52,637 bases of DNA from NCBI GenBank assembly GCA_031431875.1, contig JANPEF010000131.1, positions 1 through 52,637 of the forward strand, in the 5' to 3' direction. Under the pieces are notes generated by a model, which worked only from the letters and a program-made list of their open reading frames with translations, was not told where the DNA came from and made no database searches. Below are positions 29,001-36,645 of the stretch, piece after piece (position 1 is the first letter of the stretch; every line of letters starts with the position of its first letter). The position numbers and the translations under genes were made by a program. Source of the stretch: Candidatus Eiseniibacteriota bacterium. Lineage in GTDB: Bacteria; Eisenbacteria; RBG-16-71-46; DASYSL01.

Positions 29001-30110
29001 GAACCCGGTCGGGGTTCCGGTCGAAAAGTCCGCACGCACCCGGTTCGTCTTGATGCGGAACACGACGCGAACGCGGCCCGCGACCGGTTGCAGGCTGCTG
29101 AACGCCTTCACCACGGCCGAGTCGGCTCCGGCGACCGGCCGCTTCCCGGAGATCGCGAAGATCTCCTGGTGCGGCTTCGTCAGGTCGAGGACCTCCGAGA
29201 ACCAGCGCCGGTTCGTGTCGTACGCGTTCTCGTTCGGTGAACCGACGTAGACCATGAACGTGTCGGCGGGGTTGTTCACGAAGTGGGCGATGTTCGTCGG
29301 ATCGGGGTTGAACCAACCGGTGCCGTTCGCCTGAGTGTCGACAAAAGTCGAGATGTCGGTGCGGAACCTGAATGCGACAGTCCCCGTCCCCGTCGAGGGG
29401 AAATCCTTGTACATCATCTGGTCCCACAGGTTGCAGAACCCCGGGAGCTCGGGTGAATTCAAGCTCGTTCCGAGTTCGATCATGAGCGCGCCGTTGAGGT
29501 AATTCCCGGTCAGGGCATCCTGTGCCGCGAGATTTCCGTGCTCACGGAGGCCGCACCAGGCGGAGCGAGCGCCCGCGATCGGAATTGCCGAGAGCTCGGC
29601 TCCATTCGCGATGTTCAACTTCACGCCCGTCATCGTGTCCGAGTGCCACGCGCCGGCGATGCCGGTGCGCACGTACTTCCGGCCGGCCAGTTCGCGCGCG
29701 GCCCACAGCGGCGTATTTCCGTGGTTGATCACGTTTCCGTAGTCGAGGGCCCATTCCGGACGGGAGAGGGCCGGGCGGTCCCCGCCGCTCCGGTAAGGGA
29801 GGACCCACGTGCGGAAGCCCTGGGAGGAGTCCGTGCCGGCTGCGCCTTCGTCGAAGTCCCACACGCCGCCCACGCCGACGCCGAGGTAGGCGCCGCCCGG
29901 GCCCGTGCTCGAGTGCCCGATCCACACCGTGTCGCACTCCGCGCCGGCGCAGTTGGAGCTGGCGGTGATATTTTCCGCGCCGCCAGGCGCGGAAGAACCG
30001 CGAAGGACCGGTCGGACGATTGGTGCTTCGACTTCTGGGGTCTCGGCCGCGTGAACGGAGGCAACGGCGACGAGCGTGAAAAATGCGCAGGCGAGCGCGA
30101 TCCGTCTCAT
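26055..30110 (-). CDS. Large secreted protein of unknown function with FlgD-Ig tail (paralog A, 1351 aa)
   Basis: Signal peptide MRRIALACAFFTLVAVASVHA after GGGAGA. Colinear with its neighbour. Alternative in-frame ATG at 30272. Confidence 0.85.
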   Translation of the reverse strand: MRRIALACAFFTLVAVASVHAAETPEVEAPIVRPVLRGSSAPGGAENITASSNCAGAECDTVWIGHSSTGPGGAYLGVGVGGVWDFDEGAAGTDSSQGFRTWVLPYRSGGDRPALSRPEWALDYGNVINHGNTPLWAARELAGRKYVRTGIAGAWHSDTMTGVKLNIANGAELSAIPIAGARSAWCGLREHGNLAAQDALTGNYLNGALMIELGTSLNSPELPGFCNLWDQMMYKDFPSTGTGTVAFRFRTDISTFVDTQANGTGWFNPDPTNIAHFVNNPADTFMVYVGSPNENAYDTNRRWFSEVLDLTKPHQEIFAISGKRPVAGADSAVVKAFSSLQPVAGRVRVVFRIKTNRVRADFSTGTPTGFNSKDGAALVDEVQVDGGTVYGFESAASLTGRSLIPDLALDSGPWATTGKPPASPFHVADVATLVYEDLCGAVGAPTRLCNLTGNVWTPQDPASGQIPMEGYWNIQSPTIDLAVRTAAPGTKNSQGIDQETASRTTGIIQFDFYSGHMDLDQSVFYLPGARAYAPAIWKQPISGTPVWSGAGYSFITFNPDPFCYSDFQSLGVLGIPAGSVDSVQMLLAVRTFGWRFGGTDLGNTRGTYFDNLRVGLVRGGAAPSLAQPIWDKYQDQFPFNENVAPGDNAAFDTTTALMTTGLNILSPPTAPGVVAGDSILVGAPFGSGDGVTMGTRVDLIFRIDPGPGSYVVKGDRASALVNRDPLHPFFATYLANNGPFGSPGGHGGTWSRHAWNSARLDSAELRLYPITSRGIGNPTGGTWMGTLHEKDPNFAALGIDRPLCFLVNPDGTNDASNISCIGTAPAIYGAVAASSQEATKILPDGWFTPGTHIEYFVRKSTLEAPGTYELLFDTTRVFPQDAGGIADYDQERWSSADVLPDMWKSSRYGGAGLACLLMIDGNDRRGADPQYRGAADTLGYGKDDGATSGWRGIGPGSDPNDPAGFVAANRGQYGLNYDHYDIRAAESFEAGHPGVRFAQNTGGIAQKGDRSGPSASMLATLYTTVLHLSGDLSGGVVHDGFDSQEGADDIALYDGFLAGATSVNRRGLWLSGDGMMEDGAINSDDGTFLYPFLTATFGADLTSPDYHAYSASAATTVGLLPTAAWSHPGRIYGLAHLCTLRPDVLEIVPTVDGASIAAAYQALGPGTEFTASVYRPIGTGREFRTLIDGFDLSHLRGHYATLAAIQTGVGSNMARLGWFDDVVAGHFQICARRLPALSVGDLPGTQAQRFSNQNLGAYPNPALAARAVTLRFTLAAPASIRVRIYNVAGREVAAFAHKGVEGENRAPWDGRLANGSSAPAGVYFYRLDGAAFDGTAPGASAKAKLILLSGN

Positions 30111-30326
30111 GGGCGATCTCCCGATGAGTTGCGTGTGGAGATGGACTCGGGGCTCAGGGCGGGCATCGACGGATGCGCGCGCGGCATGGTCGGGCGTGCG
30201 GGGCCCTGCGGCGGAAGGGAGGGCAATGCGCAGCCGACGCCTGGGGGCGCGAGGACGAAGGTGCCGTGGCATGGTGACTCCTCGGGCCGAGGCGGGGGGG
30301 AACTTCGCGCTCGGATCTGTGCATCG

Positions 30327-30354
30327 ATGATAGGCCAGCCGGCCAGAATGTCAA
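30327..30354 (-). promoter_or_regulatory. Sigma70-type promoter of paralog A
   Basis: TTGACA-16 nt-TATCAT in a locally AT-rich intergenic patch. Confidence 0.7.
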
Positions 30355-30440
30355 GACAATGTGATGGAATTGTTAGTATCTGTCGGCCTATCACCACAAT
30401 TGCCGAAGGCGGGAGGATTGCTCCCCCCGCCCCGGCCTCC

Positions 30441-30467
30441 CGGTCCGAGCCCCGGTGGTTCGGACCG
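30441..30467 (-). terminator. Hairpin downstream of paralog B
   Basis: CGGTCCGAGCC/GGTTCGGACCG inverted repeat about 20 nt after the stop. No U-tract. Confidence 0.45.
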
Positions 30468-30486
30468 TTCGCTCTTCCTGCTGCGG

Positions 30487-33400
30487 TCAGTTCCCCGAGA
30501 GCAGGATCATCTTCTGCGGCGCGCCGCCGCCGTCGAACTCGATGCCGTCCAGCCGGTAGAAGTAGACGCCCGGCGCGGCCTTGGCGCCGTTGGCGAGGGC
30601 GCCGTCCCAGACCACGTTGTTCGGTCCGGCCAGGCCCTTCTGCACGAGCTTCGCGACTTCGCGACCCGCCACATTGTAGATGCGCACCGTGACGTCCTGC
30701 GCCTGCGCAAGCGTGAAGCGCAGCGTGATGTTGCGCGCCGCCAGCGCCGGGTTGGGGAAGGCACCCAGGTTCAGGTTGGAGAAGCGTCCACCATCCGTGC
30801 CCGGCAGGTCGCCCGCGCTCACGACCGGTCCGCGCCGCGCGCAGATCTGGAAGTGGCCGGCGGCCGCGTCGTCGAACCACGAGATGCGACCGAGGTCCGA
30901 GCCCAGCTTCGTCGCGATGTCCGCGAGCGTCGCGTAGCTGCCGCGCAGGTTGAACAGGTCGAATCCGTCGATCAGCGTGCGGTAGTCACGCCCGGTGCCG
31001 ATCGGACGGTAGACCGATGCGGTGAACGTGGTGCCCGCGCCGAGCGCCTGGTAGCGCGCCGCTTCCGCCGCGTCGTCGACGGTCGGGACGACCGCCAGCA
31101 CGTCGGCCAGTTGCGTGCACTGGTGATTGAAGCCGTAGACGCGACCCGGGTGGGCCCACGCCGCGGTCGGCAGGAAGCCGACCGTTGTGGCACTCGACTG
31201 CGAGTACGCCTTGTAATTCGGGCTCGTCAGGTCGGAGCCGAAGAGCTCGGTGAGGAACGGATAGAGGACCGTTCCATCATCCGAGTTGATCGCGCCATCC
31301 TCCATGATGCCGTCACCCGACAGCCAGATGCCGCGCCGGTTGGCCGGCGTCGCGCCGGTGAGGAAGCCCTCGTACAGCGACACGTCATCGGCTCCTTCGC
31401 CCTGGTCGAAGGCGTCGTGGATCGCACCGGCGCCGTTGTCGCCCGAGAGGTGCAGCAGCGACGTGTAGAACGTCGCCAATTGCGCCGCCGACGGACCGGA
31501 CTTGTCGCCCTTCGCCGCGATCGCACCCAGGTTCTGGGCGAAGCGCACGCCGGGGTGACCCGACTGGTCGGACTCGGAGCCTTCGATGTCGTAGTGGTCG
31601 AAGTTCAGGCCGTACTGGCCCAGGTTCGCCGCCACGAAGCCGGTCGGATCGTTCGGGTCGGAGCCCGCACCGATGCCCTTCCAGCCCTGCGACGCGCCGT
31701 TGTTCTTGCCGTAGCCCAGCGAGTCGGTCGCACCGCGGTAGACGCGATCGGACCCGCGCCGGTCCCCGGCGTCGACCATGAGCATGCAGGCGAGGCCGCT
31801 GCCACCGTAGCGCGACGACTTCCACATGTCGGGCAGGACGTCGACGCTGGTGAAGCGTTCCGCGTCGAAGTCGGGGTTGCCGACCGGGTCCTGCACGAAG
31901 ACGTTCGTCGTGTCGAACAGCAACGAGACTTGTCCCGGGTCGTCGGTCCGCGACCAGCGCACGAAGTACTCGATGTGCGTGCCGGGCGAGAACCAGCCGT
32001 CGGGCAGGATCTTGGTGCCTTCCTTCGACGAGCCGTTGACCGCGCCGTAGGCCGGCGGCGGCGTGCCCGTGCAATCCGTGTTCGAGATGTCGTTCGCACC
32101 GTTCGGATCGACCAGGAAGCAGACGCTGTGGTTGATGCCGAGTGCTGCGAACTTCGGATCGGCCTCGTGCAGCGAGCTCATCCACTGCGGCGGAATCGGA
32201 TTGCCGATCGCGCGCGGATTGATCGGATAGATGTTGATCTCCGCCGAGTCCATGCGCGCCGAGTTCCAGACGTGCCGGTTCCACGTGCCGCCATGTCCGC
32301 CCGGCGTGCCGAACGTGCCATTGTTCGCCAGGTACTGGGCGAAGAACGGATGTCCCGCATCCTTGTTCACCAGCGCCGAGGCACGATTGCCCTTGACCGT
32401 GTAGTTGCCCGGGCCCGGATCGATGCGGAAGATCAGGTCGACCCGGACGCCGGAGGCGATGCCGTCCCCGTCGTACGGCGACAATACGACCATCGTGTCA
32501 CCCGCCACGACGCCGGGATCGGCGGTGACGGCCACGATGTTGAGTCCCGTCTTCATGTACGCCGTGGTCGTGTCGAACGAGGCGTTATCGCCGGGCGACA
32601 CGCCCTCGTTGAAGGGGAACTGGTCCTGCTGCCGGTTCCACACCGCTTGCGCCAGCACCGGCGCCGCGGCGCGGACGAAGCCGACTCGCAGGCGATCGAA
32701 GTACGTGCCGCGCGTGTTGCCCAGGTTGGTGCCACCGAAGCGCCAACCCTGGGTCAGCGTGTTGATGATGAGCCGCAGCGAGTCGATGTTGCCCGCCTGG
32801 AACCCGATCGCCGTGATGTTGTTCAGGTCCTGGTAGCAGAACGGATCGTCGTTGAAGCTGATGATCCCGGGCAGCAGCGTGTTCGACCAGATCGGGGCCC
32901 CCGAGACCGGCTGCTTGAACACCGTCGGGGAATACGCCCGTGCGCCGACGCGCCAGAATACGGATTCGTCGAGGCTCATGAACCCGGTGTAGATGTCCAT
33001 GTCTGCGACGACCGCGGTCCGCGCCGCCGTCGCCTGCTCGATGCCCTGCCCGTTCTTCGTGCCGGACGCCGCGCCGTGCACCGCCAGGTCGATCGTCGGC
33101 GACTCGATCATGTGGAAGTGCTCGGTGACGAGGATGTTCGCGTTCTCGGCATCACCGGTGACCATCACGTTGCCCGAGAGGTCGCAGATGCGCGCCGGGG
33201 TGCCGACGCCACCGCAGAGATCCTCGTAGAGCAGGTTCGCGATGTTGTCGATGTGGTAGTAGACGGCCGGCGGCTTGCCGGTCGTGGCCCACGCGCCACC
33301 GCTTGCGCCGAGGTCGGCGATGAGGGAGCGCGCCGTGACTGCACCGGCGGTCTCGAAGCCGTACGTGGCGCCGGCGCCGACCCTGACCTGGTCGACCAGC

Positions 33401-34578
33401 GCCGCGCCGTCCTTGGTGTTGAAGCCGGTCGGTGTTCCCGTCACCTGGTCCGCTCGGACGCGGTTGGTCTTGACGCGGAAGACCACGCGAAGGTTGCCGC
33501 CCACCGGCGAGAGGTCCGCCCAGTTGCGCTGGATCAGGGTGTCGGCCGAGGCGAACGGGAAGTTCCCGGACGTCGCGAAGACCTCCTGGTAGGGCAGGTT
33601 CTGGTCGAGCACTTCGGAGAACCAGCGGCGATTCGTGTCGTAGGCGGTCTCCGTCGGTGAGCCGACGTAGACCAGGAACGAGTCGGCCGGGTTGTTGACG
33701 AAGTTCGCGATGTTCGTCGGATCGGGATTGAACCAGCCCGAGCCCGCCGCGAGCGGATCGACGAACGTGGATAGCGCGGTGCGCACGCGGAACTCGAGCG
33801 CGCCCGCGGCTCCGGCCGCGAAGTCCTTGTAGAGCATCTGGTCCCAGCCGTTGCAGTAGCCCGGGTACTCGGGCTCGTTGCCGAGGCCCGCGCCACCCTG
33901 CTCGACGGCGAGGTCACCGTTGATGTAGTTGCCGGTCAGGGCGTCCTGCGCGGACGTGTTGCCGGACTCGCGCAGTCCGCACCACGCGGAGCGCGTGCCG
34001 GCGATCGGCAGAGCGCTCGGCTCGGCCCCGTTCAGCACGTTGAGTTTCACCCCGGCCATCGTGTCCGAGTGCCAGGCGCCGGCGATGCCCGTCTTCACGT
34101 ACTTGCGGCCGGCAATGTTGCGCGCGGTCCACAGGTTCGTGTTGCCCTCGTTGATCATGTTGCCCGTGTCGACCGCCCACTCCGGGCGATTGATCGCAGG
34201 ACGCGTGCCGCCGGAGCGGTACTGCATGGCGTAGCGCTTCCAGCCCTGCGTCGAGTCCGTGCCGGCCGCGCCGGTGTCGAAGTCCCACACGCCGCCGACG
34301 CCGACGCCGAGGAAGGCGCCCCCGGGTCCGGCCGAGGAGTGTCCGACCCACACGGTGTCGCAGGCGGTGCCGGCGCAGTCCGAGTTGGCGACGCCCATGC
34401 GGGCGCCCCCGGCGCGGTTGCCGCCGGGAATCGCCTTCTCGACGCCCAGCTGCGGTTCACCGGCCTCGAGGCCCGCGTGTGCGCGGGCGGGAAGAATCAT
34501 GGTCGCGAAGAGGAACAGAGCGACAGCCGGGGAGTAGTTCCAGGGTGCGCGTTTCGCCCTCGGGCGAAGCAGAAGCAT
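30487..34578 (-). CDS. Large secreted protein of unknown function with FlgD-Ig tail (paralog B, 1363 aa)
   Basis: GGAGG RBS, signal peptide ending ARAHA, colinear with paralog A. Both end in ILLSGN. Confidence 0.88.
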   Translation of the reverse strand: MLLLRPRAKRAPWNYSPAVALFLFATMILPARAHAGLEAGEPQLGVEKAIPGGNRAGGARMGVANSDCAGTACDTVWVGHSSAGPGGAFLGVGVGGVWDFDTGAAGTDSTQGWKRYAMQYRSGGTRPAINRPEWAVDTGNMINEGNTNLWTARNIAGRKYVKTGIAGAWHSDTMAGVKLNVLNGAEPSALPIAGTRSAWCGLRESGNTSAQDALTGNYINGDLAVEQGGAGLGNEPEYPGYCNGWDQMLYKDFAAGAAGALEFRVRTALSTFVDPLAAGSGWFNPDPTNIANFVNNPADSFLVYVGSPTETAYDTNRRWFSEVLDQNLPYQEVFATSGNFPFASADTLIQRNWADLSPVGGNLRVVFRVKTNRVRADQVTGTPTGFNTKDGAALVDQVRVGAGATYGFETAGAVTARSLIADLGASGGAWATTGKPPAVYYHIDNIANLLYEDLCGGVGTPARICDLSGNVMVTGDAENANILVTEHFHMIESPTIDLAVHGAASGTKNGQGIEQATAARTAVVADMDIYTGFMSLDESVFWRVGARAYSPTVFKQPVSGAPIWSNTLLPGIISFNDDPFCYQDLNNITAIGFQAGNIDSLRLIINTLTQGWRFGGTNLGNTRGTYFDRLRVGFVRAAAPVLAQAVWNRQQDQFPFNEGVSPGDNASFDTTTAYMKTGLNIVAVTADPGVVAGDTMVVLSPYDGDGIASGVRVDLIFRIDPGPGNYTVKGNRASALVNKDAGHPFFAQYLANNGTFGTPGGHGGTWNRHVWNSARMDSAEINIYPINPRAIGNPIPPQWMSSLHEADPKFAALGINHSVCFLVDPNGANDISNTDCTGTPPPAYGAVNGSSKEGTKILPDGWFSPGTHIEYFVRWSRTDDPGQVSLLFDTTNVFVQDPVGNPDFDAERFTSVDVLPDMWKSSRYGGSGLACMLMVDAGDRRGSDRVYRGATDSLGYGKNNGASQGWKGIGAGSDPNDPTGFVAANLGQYGLNFDHYDIEGSESDQSGHPGVRFAQNLGAIAAKGDKSGPSAAQLATFYTSLLHLSGDNGAGAIHDAFDQGEGADDVSLYEGFLTGATPANRRGIWLSGDGIMEDGAINSDDGTVLYPFLTELFGSDLTSPNYKAYSQSSATTVGFLPTAAWAHPGRVYGFNHQCTQLADVLAVVPTVDDAAEAARYQALGAGTTFTASVYRPIGTGRDYRTLIDGFDLFNLRGSYATLADIATKLGSDLGRISWFDDAAAGHFQICARRGPVVSAGDLPGTDGGRFSNLNLGAFPNPALAARNITLRFTLAQAQDVTVRIYNVAGREVAKLVQKGLAGPNNVVWDGALANGAKAAPGVYFYRLDGIEFDGGGAPQKMILLSGN

Positions 34579-34860
34579 GGCCGCCTCCAATTCAGGATCC
34601 GCGGCGCGAACAGGCAATGCATGGCCCTGCTCGTCCGCGAGACGAGTCCGCCGGTGCGCCGGGTCGCGCCGGAAGACCTTCGAGTTGCAACGCTGTGGAT
34701 CGGAGCCGCGCGCGCAGGAGACTGGACGCGCGCGTGGTGTGGCTCCTCACCGCAAGACACGAGGGGAAGGGGGAAGCAGAGTCGTGTCTCGTGCAAGAAT
34801 GGTAGGGGCCATGGGATGCAATGGCGGAATCATGTCTTCGTCAAGCGGAGCGTGTGACGG

Positions 34861-34963
34861 TGGTTCGCCGCGTGGCGTTGCGCAGGGGTGACACTTCGCA
34901 CGAATCGGCGTAAACCCGCGAGTCATCGTGCGGGCAGTGTCACCCGCCGCCACGCGGCGACCA
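34861..34963. other. Long interrupted inverted repeat (candidate structured RNA or cruciform)
   Basis: Three nested perfect stems of 13, 10 and 7 bp. Confidence 0.7.
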
Positions 34964-35154
34964 TGGCGCCGCGGATGCGGCCGGCGGCGGGCCGGGGGCC
35001 ATCGGTCGGTGAATTGATGAAAGCCTCTCCAGTCGCGGCCGTTCTGCATTGAGCATCCGGCGCGTCGACGCTGCGGAACGCGGTCGTGATGCACCTTGCA
35101 ACGCCCCCGAATCATCGCTTTCCGACGCCGTGCGTCGGTGCGAGGATCGACGGC

Positions 35155-35928
35155 ATGGCGTCCCGACCCCTCGCCGAAACCCTGAACGTTCACCGTGACA
35201 CCCACGTCGCCGCCATCGGTGGCGGCGGCAAGATGTCGCTGCTGTTGACGCTCGGCACCGAGTGGGCGCAGGCAGGCGGTCGGCCGCTGCTGTTGCCGAC
35301 GACGCGGATCGCCGATCACGCCGAGCGCGGCGTGCGCGGCGTGCGCACCGTCGTCCTGCCGGTCGCGCGCTCGGCCTGGCCGCCCCTGGCGTTCCTCGGC
35401 GGCGAGCTGCTCGTCGTCGGTCGCCGCGGCGATCGCCCGGGGCTGCTCGAGTCGATCCAGGTGGACGAGATCAGGCCGCTGGTCGAGCAGTCGAAGGCCG
35501 ACCTGGTGCTGATCAAGGCCGACGGCGCGCGCGGCCGCTCGCTCAAGGCGCACCAGGACGGCGAGCCCGTCGTGCCGCTCGACGCCGGGCTGGTCGTCGC
35601 CGTCGCGGGGCTCGATGCCTGGGGCATGCCGCTCGACGACGAACACGTGCACCGCGCCGAGCTCTTCGCCGAGCGCACAGCGGCCGCGCCCGGATCGCGC
35701 CTCGAGGACGATGCGTTCTACGCCGCCCTAGCCGACCCGACGGGCTACCGCGCGGCGGTTCCGCCGGCGGCACGCTACCTCGTATTCCTCAACCAGGCCG
35801 ATCGTCCGGTGCGCGTCGCCATCGCCCAGCGCCTGGCCCAGGGACTGCACGCGCGCGGCGTCGGCGAGGTGGTGTGGGGCGACCTGCGGCGCGGCGAGTG
35901 GACGCTGTCGCGCCGCGCGGCGCGCTGA
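35155..35928 (+). CDS. yqeC: YqeC-family selenium-dependent Mo-cofactor accessory protein
   Basis: GGGGK, TTRI, ADG..RSLKA..EPVVP, VAGLDA.G.PL..VHR.ELF and FLNQAD appear in the order typical of YqeC. Confidence 0.85.
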   Translation: MASRPLAETLNVHRDTHVAAIGGGGKMSLLLTLGTEWAQAGGRPLLLPTTRIADHAERGVRGVRTVVLPVARSAWPPLAFLGGELLVVGRRGDRPGLLESIQVDEIRPLVEQSKADLVLIKADGARGRSLKAHQDGEPVVPLDAGLVVAVAGLDAWGMPLDDEHVHRAELFAERTAAAPGSRLEDDAFYAALADPTGYRAAVPPAARYLVFLNQADRPVRVAIAQRLAQGLHARGVGEVVWGDLRRGEWTLSRRAAR

Positions 35929-35933
35929 CGGCG

Positions 35934-36632
35934 ATGTCGACACCGCCGGATCGCACCGGGGTCGCTGGAATCCTGCTCGCCGGCGGTGCCGGATCGCGCT
36001 ATGGCGCGGGGCGATCGAAGGCGTGGCTCACGACGGAGTCGGGCGTGCCGCTGTTCCGGGTTGCGCTCGCGTCGCTCATCCGCGTCGCCGAGACGGTCGT
36101 GGTTGCGTCTCCGGAAGGAGTCGCGCTGCCGGACGCGACGCCCTCCCTCTCCGAGTTCGTGGGCGAGGAACCCGGGCCGTACCGCACGCTTCGCGTGCTG
36201 GACCTCGCCGCGGGGGCTGGACCCCTGGCCGGGCTCGTGCCGGCGCTCGAGACGGTGGCGGCCGCGGGTGCGGTGCGCGCCTTCATCCTCGCCGTCGACA
36301 TGCCGCGCTTCACCGCGGCGGAGTTCGCGCTCCTGGCCGCTCCGCTCGACCGCGCTCCCCTGGCCGTCGCGGTCGTGCCGCGCACCCCGCACGGGCTCGA
36401 GCCGCTGTTCGCCTGCGTCCGGCCCGCGCCGGTGGCGATCGCGTTCCGGGCCGCGTGGGAGGCCGGGGAACGGGCGGTCCATGCGGCGTTCACGACGCTC
36501 GGTCCCGCGGGGCTGGTCGAGCTCGACACCACCGATCCGGTGGCCTGGCCGGGTGGACCGGCGCGCCTGCGCAGCATCAACCTGCCCGCCGACCTCCGCG
36601 CCGTCCTTGAAGAGGACGAGCCCCGGACGTAA
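35934..36632 (+). CDS. mobA: MobA-like molybdenum cofactor nucleotidyltransferase
   Basis: GILLAGGAGSRYG..SKA, GPLAGL, LAVDMP, LEPLFA, SINLPADL. The GPLAG and EPL motifs favour MobA over MocA. Confidence 0.8.
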   Translation: MSTPPDRTGVAGILLAGGAGSRYGAGRSKAWLTTESGVPLFRVALASLIRVAETVVVASPEGVALPDATPSLSEFVGEEPGPYRTLRVLDLAAGAGPLAGLVPALETVAAAGAVRAFILAVDMPRFTAAEFALLAAPLDRAPLAVAVVPRTPHGLEPLFACVRPAPVAIAFRAAWEAGERAVHAAFTTLGPAGLVELDTTDPVAWPGGPARLRSINLPADLRAVLEEDEPRT

Positions 36633-36645
36633 TCTCGCCGGCATC

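Noticed and set aside
30361..33660. 1099-aa ORF on the + strand, and many other long antisense or alternate-frame ORFs (e.g. 12259-14511, 20108-22273, 36577-38841, 40650-42941)
   Set aside because: Shadow ORFs of real genes, caused by stop-codon scarcity at very high GC3. They are Arg/Ala/Val-rich with no motifs.
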